The translations under genes and the position numbers were made by a program. A DNA stretch of 64,000 nt from Octopus vulgaris (lineage: Eukaryota), in the NCBI GenBank assembly GCA_951406725.2, contig OX597841.1, positions 12,214,001-12,278,000 of the forward strand, read 5' to 3'. The notes under the pieces are model-generated. The model saw only the letters and a program-made list of their open reading frames with translations, was not told the DNA's origin and searched no databases. Of this stretch, positions 27,501 through 40,100 are shown piece after piece (the stretch's first letter is position 1; the number at the start of each line of letters is the position of its first letter).

Positions 27501-30500
27501 CTGCGCTTGAGAAGACCCGTTGAACCAAGTAAAACCGTAGTTGTGGCTGATGCCAGAGCAACCTGACTGGCTCCGATGCAGGTGACATATGTAAAAAGCA
27601 CCATTCGAGCGTGATCAATGCCAGTGTCACCTGACTGGCCACCGTGCTGGTGACACATAAAAGGTGCCCACTATACTCTCAGAGTGGTTGGCGTTAGGAA
27701 GGGCATCCAGATAGGTGAAACCTTGCCAGATCAGATTGGAGCCTGGTGCAGGCTCCTGGCTTGCCAGTCCTCAGTCAAACTGTCCAACCCATGTCAGCAC
27801 GGAAAGCAGGCGTTAAATGATGATAATAATGATATATGTGTATGAATTTGTGTGTCTGTAATTGTCCCCCAACAATTGCATGACAACTGATGTTGGTGTG
27901 TTTACCTCCCTATAACCTAATGGTTCAGCAAATGAGACCAATAGAATAAATACTAGTCTTACAAAGAATAAGTCCTGGATTCGATTTGTTCAACTAAAGG
28001 CGGTGCTCCAGCATGGCTACAGTCAAATGACTGAAACAAGTAAAAGAATAAAAGAATACAGACACACAGTATATGGAAATTGGTGCAGCCCTTCAGATCA
28101 CCAGATCCTACCAAGCCACCAAGCCCATATTTCAGCATGGAAAACCGATGGTAAACAACCAAGATGATTATGATGAAGAAGATATATGAATGTGTGTGTG
28201 TGTGCTTGAGTGCAAACTTAAAAAAGTAAACGGATGATGATGATGATACATATATAGGTGTGTGTGTGTTACTACCCTTGTCTTGACATCATGTAATGAT
28301 TGCAAAAGAGCAACCCCGTCACAATCAAACCCATATCAATCTCATTTCAAGTCCACTTTTCCGTGCTTGCATGGGTCAGATAGAATTCACAGAGGCAGAT
28401 ATTTTTCTATAACCAGATTCCCAAGTGCTTGTTCACATCTAAGTAACACATAAAAATCGAACATGCAGACTTTATAACAAACTTCTATCATCATTGTTTA
28501 ATGTCAATGAAAATGCATTTCAGGTTTGTCGATTCAAAATTGGGGCGCTGCACTCCACCTTGTTGGGCGCTTCAATGGAACATAGAAACAACATGGGAAT
28601 TTACACAATAGAGAAGGGATATCAGGCATGGAGAAGTGATGTAGTCTTACGTTTTTTCCTGCTCCGGAACAATTGACAGCATAAAGCTCTCCATTTGGAA
28701 ACTTGTCCTTCCAGTAGGTTTTGTCACATTGTCGGGCCCGGTTCTTGAAGTGGAACACAGCATCTTGGTCAAACGCCTACAGAACATAAAAGAAGGGCAT
28801 TGAGAGGGTGAAGCTTAGTCTCCAACACATCAAATATATACATACACATATATACATTCAACTGTATGTATGTATATATATAAAATTTAAAGTAAACAGA
28901 AAATGGAGAAATATTGATCAACAACAATTGACTAACATCAATTATTACTTTTTAATTCAAGTAATAATTGATGTAAGTCAATTTTTATTGATCAATATTT
29001 CTCCATTTCCTGTTTACTTTAAATTTGACTCATGTTTATCTCTGTCATTACCTATAACCTATGAGCATAATGCTTGCATATGTATGTCCAGGGTTAACAT
29101 AGGTAATTATACCAATAGTATAACAGTTATTTTTATCCCTTAGACATTTATTCCAACCTCTAACTCTACTATATATATATATAGCAAATGGAAGATGGAA
29201 TATATGAGAATTTATTGTTAATCACGACAATTGTTTCAACACATCTAGCATCGATTCCTCTCGAGTGGGACACTCAACAACTGGTCCAGGAGCATCCGGT
29301 GGTGCAGATGTATCTCGTTGAATGATAAATAAATACAACTCATTAAAATGAGTGTTCCACAATGTAGCTTTCCATTTTGTAGAGAGAAAAGCAGCCAGAC
29401 AGAGGAAATATCTTCATTTATACAGAAGATCAAAAATAAAATCACAGATGGCAAAAAAAGGAAGTGAACAGGCAATCCAGCCGGAAAAGTATTATATATA
29501 TATATAATATACACACAAACATGTACAGTAAATGGGAGAGAGCAAAATAAATTCAGTACAGATAAAACAGAATAGTCCTCATTCCAACTCCTTCATGCAG
29601 GGCCAGGCCCATGCCATTGAAAGTGGCTAAGAAGAAGAGCAATCCAGATCAAGCTGTAATGTAGCTAAACATAGTCAGGTTTGGAGCAGGTTTCTAAATG
29701 GAGCCAAAAAAATACAGATTATAAACAAAAGTAAAAGCATATAATTAAAAAAACATTATGTAATGTCTTATCTTGACAGCTGTTTCAAGAGGCCAAACTT
29801 ATCTAATAATCATAATTTATAAGTGATAGATATGTGCACGATGTTGCAGGTGTGTAACCACCACCAACAAGAAACTGTTAAAGTAAGATAGGCCTTTTTA
29901 AGAGTAGAGTGGCAAGGATTTCATCTGCTGTTGTCATTGGTCGCACACACATGACATCCTGCACACCTGTATCACCTACAAATGTGATTATCACATCATA
30001 AGTTTGTCAAGACATCAAAGATTTTTCCATGAGATCTTTTTCTTTATTATATAATCTGTATTTTGTACTCCATTAAAATATATGCCCCGAGCCCGAATGT
30101 GCACGTCTACCTTATACCTCTATACAGAAATATATAACATCGTATCGAGTTCATATTCCAAGCTGGTATAGGTTACACACCCAGATAAGGCTGTGCATAA
30201 TTTTTTTTTTCAATCTACAGAGAAACAGTTAAATTTACCTGTTCATAGGTGACATATGTAACATACATACATGGGTGGGTATGTGTGTGTGTTTGTGTGC
30301 ATGCATGCATGTGTGGTAAAGCAGTTCGCTTTCCAACCCTGTGGTTTTGAGATCAATCTCACTGCATGAGAACTTGGCCAAGTGTCTTCCATCACATGCT
30401 ATAATGTCGCCCAACAGTGATCCATATGTTCTATGGTATACTATATGTTCTATAGAATGTTCTGGGTGTGCTACAATGTTCTGTAGTGCTGTATGATCTG

Positions 30501-31164
30501 TAGTATTCCACAGAGTACGAGATGAAACTCACCATCGTTAAGACATCAAGGAGTCCAATGGGAACAGGCAAATGTTTTAAACGAGCAACAACGAGGTCAA
30601 TGAATAACTGCAACATGTTGTTGATTCCTTCTTGAATCTCAGACGTCCACCGATGGACTGCAGGGTATGTCATCAGCTGCAACATAGAAAGAGACACATA
30701 ACTAGATGTACATAAATTTCTTTATTGCCCACGGGGGGGGGGGCTAAACGTAGAGAGGGCAAACAAGAACAGATAAAGGGATTAAGTCAATTACATCGAC
30801 CCCAGTGCGTAACTGGTACTTATTTAATCGCCCCTGAAAGGATGGAAGGCAAAGTCGACCTCGGCGAAATTTGAACTCAGATTGAAATATAAATTCTTAT
30901 ATGAGTGTGCATACGTGTGTGTGTGTATCACATGACCAACCAGATGTTGTTACACATTGCTGGTCACAATGCACTTTGCATCTTTTTGCCTTCAAATGAT
31001 GCCTCCCACCCACTGGCTAGGCAAGTAGGCCAGCATTACCCCTGATCAAAAGGGGTCCTAGAGCAATGTGAAATGAAAACCGCCCAATCTGGGAATTGAA
31101 AGCACAATCAAGTGATTATGAGTGGAAAAGCCTAACCACTAGACCATGGGTCTTCACATACACT

Positions 31165-31236
<72 letters not shown>

Positions 31237-34066
31237 GGGAGAGAGAGAGAGACGTTTTCGATCTAGTTTGGATTCTTTGTCTTCAAATTTGGATTTTTCA
31301 ATTGATGCTCAAGAGAGTTAAACTACATCAGCCCACCAATTGATATCTGAAAAGTTCGATGAAATAACTCATGAACACTGCTATAGCTTATATTTACGGT
31401 CTGAACAAGGGGAGATAATAGAAAAGAATCATTCGTTTATTATCTCCCCTAGTTCAGACCAGTCGACGACGTAAATATGACAGAAGCTATAGCAGTGTTC
31501 ATGAGTTATTTCATCGAACTTTTCAGATACCAATTGGTGGCCTCTACTGGACGAGTTAGATAAGATAGACATGTATTCCCTTACAAAGAATCCAAATTGG
31601 ATCGAAAACATCTATATATAGGCACAGGAGTGGCTGTGTGGTAAGTAGCTTGTTTACCAACCACATGGTTCCGGGTTCAGTCCCACTGTGTGGGACCTTG
31701 GGCAAGAGTCTTCTACTATAACCTCGGGCCGACCAAAGCCTTGTGAGTGGATTTGGTAGACGGAAACTGAAAGAAGCCTGTCGTATATATGTATATATAT
31801 GTATGTGTATGTGTGTGTGTTTGTGTTTGTCCCCCTAGCATTGCTTGACAACCGATGCTGGTGTGTTTATGTCCCCGTCACTTAGCAGTTCGGCAAAAGA
31901 GACCGATAGAATAAGTACTGGGCTTACAAAGAATAAGTCCCGGGTCGAGTTGCTCGATTAAAAGGCGGTGCTCCAGCATGGCCGCAGTCAAATGACTGAA
32001 ACAATTAAAAGAGTAAAAGAGTAAGAGTATATATATATAGAAAAAGTCTTTTTACGTTTCGAGCCTACACTCTTCTACAGAAAGGGACACAGAAAAAACA
32101 AGGAGAGAAAAAATGTGTGTAGTGGCTAACGATCTATCATATATACATGTCCTCATTTGTAAAGTGAATAACTAATCTAACATTATAATATCCGTAAGTT
32201 GATGAACAAACTAAATTTGTTTCTCCATTTTCTTATTTATATATATATATATACATATATATCATCATCATCATTTAACATCCGCTTTCCATGCTAGCAT
32301 GAGTTGGACGATTTGACTGAGGTCTGGCGAACCAGACTCCAATCTGATCTGGCAGAGTTTCTACAGCTGGACGCCAACCACTCCGAGAGTGTAGCGGGTG
32401 CTTTTACATGCCACCGGCACGAAGGCCAGTTTGGTGGTACTAACAACGGCCACGTCCAAATGGTGCTTTTTACGTGCAACCTGCACAGGAGCCGGTGCAG
32501 CAGCACTGGCAACGTCTTCGCTCGAATGTTTCACGTGCCACCAGCACAAGTGTTAGTAAGGCAACGTGTTAACGATCATGCTCGAATGGTGTACTTAATA
32601 TGGTGTGTTCAAATGGTGTGCATATATATATGTATATATATATACATATATTAGAAGGTTTGGAGATGATGTACAGGTATTATATATTTACAGATATTTA
32701 TTAGTATGTTACATGTTCTTATACATGGACAGGACATTCGAAGCCTTCAATCTTCAGTCAAGAACCGGATCATCCTCACAATTTCGGCTGAATAATCTTG
32801 AGATCACTCCGATCCGGCCAGCCCCAAGGAAAAACTAAGTTACGAGCATTAGATTTCTTGGAAAAAGGATTGAATGGATACGAAACAAGGACAGAAAAAC
32901 GGACGATGCCACATGAATATAAATACAAAAAACAATAATAGTAAAAACAGGACAAAAACAGCAGGTGTCTTACGACTATAGACAGTACAACTTAGTTTAG
33001 CTGGCGTATTTGGAAGAAAATGCCTTTTTTGGCAGATGAAGGCTGGTTGACCAGCGGTCACGTGAGAGGAGAAGAGAGAGAGAAAAAGAGGGACAAAGGC
33101 ACCAAAGGAAGGAGAAGAGAGAGAAAGAAGGAATTAAAGAGGGGAGAAGAAAGAGAGCGTGCCAAGGATTGGCTTGGCGACAGAATCAGTGAGGTGCAAA
33201 GTGAGAAAGACAGAGAAATATGAGAGAGTGGGGGAAGAGGAGACCAAAGAATCAGAAGCAAGAAAAGAGAAAAGGAGGAGGAGAAGAGAGAGAGAGAGAG
33301 AAAGAGACAGATCAAAGTGGAGTGCAAAGTGTGAAAGGCAGAGAAATGTAGGAGAGAGAGACAGTGTTATAGAGTCGTACCAAATTTAAAGAAATATGTA
33401 CTTACATACAAGACCAAAAGGGGTACGGGCGCCGCTATATAAATTATATGTAGAAAAATACAAACTGGGACAAGAACGTAAAACATTTAGAAAACGATAC
33501 AAAAAACACGGACGGGACATTCGAAGCCTTCAATCTTCAGTCAAGAACCGGATCGTCCTCGCAATTTCGGCTGATATGTATATATATATATATATTTTTT
33601 TTCTAGTTTCAGCTCAGAGCTGCGCCCATGCTGATGCACCGCTGTTTTGTGCTACACTGTTATTACGAAGAACCTCGTCTAATATGTGGCACTTGGTGAA
33701 GAATGGAGTTTGATATAGCTACTCTCATTTGCACCTCTTGCTGTGAGGTAGGTTCATTTGGGACTCTCGACAGGAAGATGTCCAGCTTTAATTTTAGTCC
33801 AACCCATGCTAGCATGGAAAGCGGACGTTAAATGATGATGATATATATACATATATATATATATACTCTTTTACTTGCTTCAGTCATTTGACTGCGGCCA
33901 TGCTGGAGCACCGCCTTTAGTCGAGCAAATCGACCCCGGAACTTATTCTTTGTAAGCCCAGTACTTATTCTATCGGTCTCTTTTGCCAAACCGCTAAGTG
34001 ACGGGGATGTAAACACACAAGCATCGGTTGTCAGGCAATACTAGGGGGACAAACACAGACACACAA

Positions 34067-34127
<61 letters not shown>

Positions 34128-37100
34128 CAAATAAGTCGATGGTTTTGACATCATTGCTTTATGATGCTGAAACATGCACCTTGTACCAAAAGCATACCAA
34201 CCAACTTGATGCTTTCCATATGCCAAGTTTGCATACAATCTCCAACATAAAACTGAGCGACCATATTCATAACAGTAAGGTGCTAGCATTTTGCAGTATG
34301 TCTGGTATTGAAGCCATCCTCATCAAAAGACAGCTCAGATGGTCAGGTCATCTCTCACATTTGAGTGATATCAGAATTCTGAAATAACTTCTCTTTGGCC
34401 ATTTCCTAACACGAAGGTCAGTTGGAAGGGGCCACTCTTGCCCTTTCAATGACAAACTAAAAGACAATTTGTAGCAATGCAACATTCCCTTTTCTTCCTG
34501 GGAAAACAACGCATCAGAAAAACCAAGCCTGGCGCAAGTCCTGCTTCTCCTCTGTTCAAAGATTTGAGTGAAGTCAACTCCAACATTGGGACCAACTTGA
34601 TGCAAGCTTAAAGGCTGTTCCTCTAAATGGAAACCTTAGCTGTTATTATCCAATGTTGTTCTCCTGCTTTTACAAATGTGATGTATCCTGGAAAATTCTT
34701 CCAAAATGCAAAAGTCTGTGACCTGAGTCCTATCCCCACCCCAGTGCCACTCCACCCATGACTTCCAAGTTACACAACAGAACTGGGTTGGTCTGGGAGG
34801 AATGCAGATCACAGCATGACATTGGTGGGGAGGAAGATGATTGGAAATATAGACAAGATGGTCGTGGTAGGAATGTCTGTTATGATGGGTCTGGTCAAAA
34901 CAACAAGAACAGCATCACAAATTAGATAAGTTATGAAAAATATAGTCAAAGCAGCTGGCAACAATGTTGATGGGATTTGGAGTACGTGGTGGGCACAGGA
35001 TATAACAAGAGAGAGGGAGGAGGGGGATGGAAAGAAGGTATAGAGACAGGCAGAGAGAGAAAGAGAAAGTTAGAGAGAGAGTGAGAGAGGTAAATAGATA
35101 GAGAAGATGAGTTTACCTTTTTAAAAGCTTCCGGCATACATTGTGTCATGAAGCGCTTACAGTGTTCATTGGTGTCAGCAAACCCTGGAATGGAGAAGAA
35201 TGAGGTGCAGGAGAGATAAATAGAATGGGGAGAGAGGAGGGATACCTTAGATGTAACCCTTACTATGATGGTTAAAAGGGTTTTGAGGACTGGAAGGACA
35301 TCTGGCCTTGAAACACTGCATCAGAGAAATCGTCCAACCCCTGCCAACAAGAAAAACAGAGATAAAATACAAATGACTTCAATGATACATACATATGGGC
35401 CTCATGGAGGCAAAGTGGCTGAGTTCCTTTCAAGTGTTGGGCCTCACGGAGGCAATGACCAACACCTTTGGCATTATGTCGTGTTTGAGAACAAGACCCA
35501 TCAAGCCGAGCAAAAGCACAGTTCTGGAAGATACCGGTGTCAGGTAAATGGCACCCATGCCAATGGCACATCAAAGGACCCATTACACTCTCAGAGGGGT
35601 GGGCATTAGGAAGGGCATCAAGCTGTAGAAAACCATACCAAATCAGGATGGAGTCTGGTGCAGCCTTCCAGCTTACTAGCTTTGGTCAAACTGTCCAACC
35701 TACGCCAGCATGGACAACAGACGTTAAATGATGATATGTATGAGAGTGTGTGCTGCATGTATATATATATGTGTGTGTGTATGCTGCATGTATATATATA
35801 TAGTTTCTATTATGATAAAAATGTCAGATGTCCAAAACATTACTTTTTCAGAAAACAAAAAATAGTTCCACCATTCCATTTCGTTTTATATTAGCAACAG
35901 TTTCAGCTTAAAAATAATACTTTGTCAGGCACATAAAATCCTAACTCCATGCACGTATATTTTCAGTGAGAAATATCTTTGCAAAACTATCGTATGTGGG
36001 ACTTACTACACTTTTGAAAAATGCTAAACCGTTGTACTATATCATCGTTGTCGTTTAACGTCCGCTTTCCATGCTGGTGTGGGGTGGACATTTTGACTGA
36101 GGTCTGGCAAGCCAGAAGGCTGCACCAGGCTCCAATCCAATCTGGTAAACTTTCTACAACTGGATGCCCTTCCTACGCCAACCACTCTGAGAGTGTAGTG
36201 GGTTCTTTTTACGTGCCACCAGCACAAGGACCAATCAGGTGGTACTGGCATCGACCACACTTGAATAATGCTTTTCACGTGCCACTGGCATGGGACCAGT
36301 CAGGCAGCACTGGCATCAACCACGCTTGAATGGTGTCTTTTACGTGCCACCAGCATGGGTGCAAATCAGGCAGTACTGTCATCAGCGATGACAACGACTT
36401 CACTTGCCTCAACAGGTCTTTGCAAGCACAGTTTATTGCCCAATGATTGAAAGGCTGGTTATGCTGCACTGGCACAGGCTACGGTTACAGTCGCACTTGG
36501 TTTGCCAGGTCTTCTCAAGCACAGCATATCTCCAATGGTCTCAGTCACTTGTCATCACCTTGGTGAGGCCCAACGTTTGAAGGTCGTGCTTCACCACTTC
36601 ATCCTAGGTCTTCCTGGGTCTACCTCTTCCACAGGTTCCCCTCTACTGCTAGGGTGTGACACTTTTTCACACAGCTGTCCTCATCCATACACAACACATG
36701 ATCATACCAGCGCAGTTGTCTCTCTTGCACACCACAACTGATGCTTCTTACATCAAACTTTTCTCATAGGGTGCTTACACTCTGTCGTGTATGCACACTG
36801 ACATTACACATCCAGCGGAGCATACTAGCTTCATTCCTTGCAAGCTTACACATGTCCTCAACAGTCACAGCCCATGTTTCACTGCCATGTAGCATGGCTG
36901 TTCGTACACAGACATCATACAGTCTACCTTTTACTCTTAGCGAGAGGCCCTTTGTCATTAGCAGAGGTAAGAGCTCTTTGAACTTTGCCCAGGCTATTCT
37001 TATTCTAGCAGCTACACGTTCAGCGCACCCTTCTCCACTACTGACTTGGTCACCTAGGTAACTGAAGCTATTAACTACTTCTAGTTTTTCTCCCTGAAAT

Positions 37101-40100
37101 GTGGTGGAAGTTGTTCTCTGCCCATTTTCAGTGTTTATTGCTCCTGAGCATCTGCCACATACAAAAACTATCTTCCCAGTTAGACTTTCTTTGATATTGC
37201 TGCACCTTTATGTATCCACCCACGCCTTTTCTACAGATCGAGCAGGGCCATCTACCTGAAGGGATTTGTGGTTTGTCTGCTTTCCTACTTACTAAGACTT
37301 TGGTTTTTCCTAGATTGACTCTAAGGCCCTTTGATTCTAGACCTTGCTTCCACACCTGAAACTTCTCCTCTAGTTCTGATAGTGACTCAGCTATTAGAGC
37401 AAGGTCGTCAGCGTAGAGAAGCTCCCAGGGGCATCTTGTCTTGAATTCCTCCGTTATTGCCTGGAGGACTATAATGTATAAGAGGGAGATGAGGACTGAT
37501 CCTTGGTGGACCCTTACCCCTACCTGGAATTCTTCACTGTACTTGTTGCCAACCCTCACCTTACTAACAGCTTCTCTGTACGTGGCTTGTACAGCTCTCA
37601 CTCACCACTTTTCTATCCCTAGTTTCAGCATTGACCACCAGATAAGGGATCGGCAGACCCTGTCAAAGGCTTTCTCCATATCAACAAAAGCCAGGTACAG
37701 AGGTTTATATTTGGCTAGGTATTTCTCCTGCAGCTATCTTACCAGAAACATAGCATCAGTGGTGTTTTTCCCTGGCACAAACCCAAACTGCATCTCATCT
37801 AGACTAACTCCCTTCCTAATTAGTTGGGCTATGACACTCTCCATGACTTTCATTACCTGATCCAAAATTTCCATATCTTGGCATCTGAAGCAGCTGGACA
37901 TAGAATAGCTTGACCAAAAGAACCAGCTATTGCATGCTAAATTAAATATAGAGAAAAACGCATTTGGCCAAATTTGGACATACAACAGTTTAACATAATA
38001 GCAACAATATAAATATATATATATATATATATATGCATACACACGCACATCATTAGCATCATTTTATAACTTCTCTGGCGTTGATGCCATGATAAAATGC
38101 ATCCAAAACACTCATTTTGGAGCTAGGAAAGACCAAATCACAGAAAGCAGAGCAAAAATGAGACCTGGCAGCAAGCTCTGATCGTCATCAGATCCTCCTT
38201 TCACATCCGATGCATGCCAGACATAAATAATAATGACAACGACAAGAGATAATTTACATAATTTCTTTCTCTTGCTTATCCAAGCTATTTGACTTCTCTT
38301 ATCTCGTGCGTCTAATGTCTGACCTCCTTCAACGACTGATTTCCTGCCCACTGTATCTAGCACAGACTGAACTCCTCAGCTCTGACGCTACAGATATCAA
38401 ATGGGTGGGGCAGAAATCAATGTACACACTTCAGATATAAAGTGACAATGAAGGAGGAGAACTCTATATGGGAGATAGGCCTGGTATAAATAGCAGTCAA
38501 ATCTTCCTCATATCACAGCCTGCTGTCTTATGTATGTATGAGCCAATGAGGGAGAATTCTACATGGCAGCTGGACCTGGCAGAAACAGCTACCAAATCTC
38601 AACAGAAAGAAAAAGTTCATAACCAGTGGAGTAGAAACTCCAGACATTTAAACTTGGTGCAAGTATTCAATGTGTCCCCATTAGATATGAAAATTCTGTA
38701 ATCCCAATTGTGGTTGGAGATAAGAAGTGCATTCAACTATGGAAACCATGCTACAAGCAAGATCAGGTGGATAGTAACTTTTAATAACAACAAATTAGAA
38801 CTGTGATGACGTGTCCAGTCAATGCCTGTACAGAAACTGATTGGAAGACAAGATGATGGTGAAAAGATTCTCAGGGTTCATAAACAGATCAATGGATTAA
38901 TGACTCACAGAGACACTGCAGTTTGTTATGCAACCATAATATACAACAAAGTATATTAAACACTTTATAAGTCAATACTATTTTCTACTGTGTTAGCAGT
39001 GCTATTAAATCACAGGTTAAGGTTATCCGTACAGATTTTCTATAGAAATTATAGCCAGCACATATTTGTTATGAAGTTTTGTATCCGACTACTTAACCCT
39101 TTCATTACCAACCTGGCTGAAACCGGCTCTGACTCTGTAGTACAAATGTCTTGTTTTCATAAATTTTAAATTAAAATCTTCCACCAAACCTTAGACACAA
39201 TTTATGTTCCTAACACTAGCTAAATGATAACTAAGTCATTTTACTAAATTCTTTGTTATATTTAAAATAATTGAAAGAAACACAGAGCATCTCAAAATAA
39301 ATACAGTAACGAAAGGGTTAAATATACTTTGTAGCATATTATGGTCACATAATGGAATAAGGTATCTTTATAAGTCATTAATATGCACATACCAGCTGCC
39401 AAGAAGGTGTTTAATGTATGAAATTAGTGTATCCAATAACGTTACACTGCTGTATTTAGTGGTTATTTAAGTAATGACTTTGTGGATGGTTGATGCGCTG
39501 GAGGATATGGTGCTGATGAAATATGGCATATATACACCCATTAACCATTTTTCCCATTTTTGATCTCACTGTTTGTTAACATCTCACGTCTCAGATAGAA
39601 AATTCTGTAACCAAATCAGTGCTGGTTATAATTTCAATAAAAAATCTGTTGAAAATCTTAAGTGAAGTCAACAGATATGAAGGTAGATAATGTTTAATAA
39701 ATCCATAATTACGGAAGAGTAAGGATTCTTACAACTTGAGCTTTTTCACAAAGAAGTTAAGGTTATTTTAAATAATATCTCCCAAAGAAAAAAGTCAGGA
39801 TGGCTACATTTGGAGCCATGATAAAATATACGAACCATTGAAACTATGCTTAAAGTAGAATCCATGAGAAGTCCTCTGACCTATCTACTATGGCAATAAT
39901 TACGACAAAGAACTGACTGAGATCATGATAACCCAGCAAAGCCAGATAAGCATGGGAAGCAGAGACCTGAAACAATAACAAAAGTGTTCATTTATACTGA
40001 CCTGCTTCTGCAAAATAAGTGGAAGCAAGGAGACATTTGCCGAGGGATTCTTCTTTACGATACGGGATTGACCATTGATCCACAAACACTCGACTTTCCA

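Noticed and set aside
31621-31695. tRNA gene
   Set aside because: A and B boxes are present but there is no complete cloverleaf, and it continues into a SINE body found in many copies.
32733-32757. Type I reading CUGAAGA...CGAAUGUC
   Set aside because: It lacks GAAA and helix I; the pseudoknotted reading uses the upstream GAAA and pairs fully.
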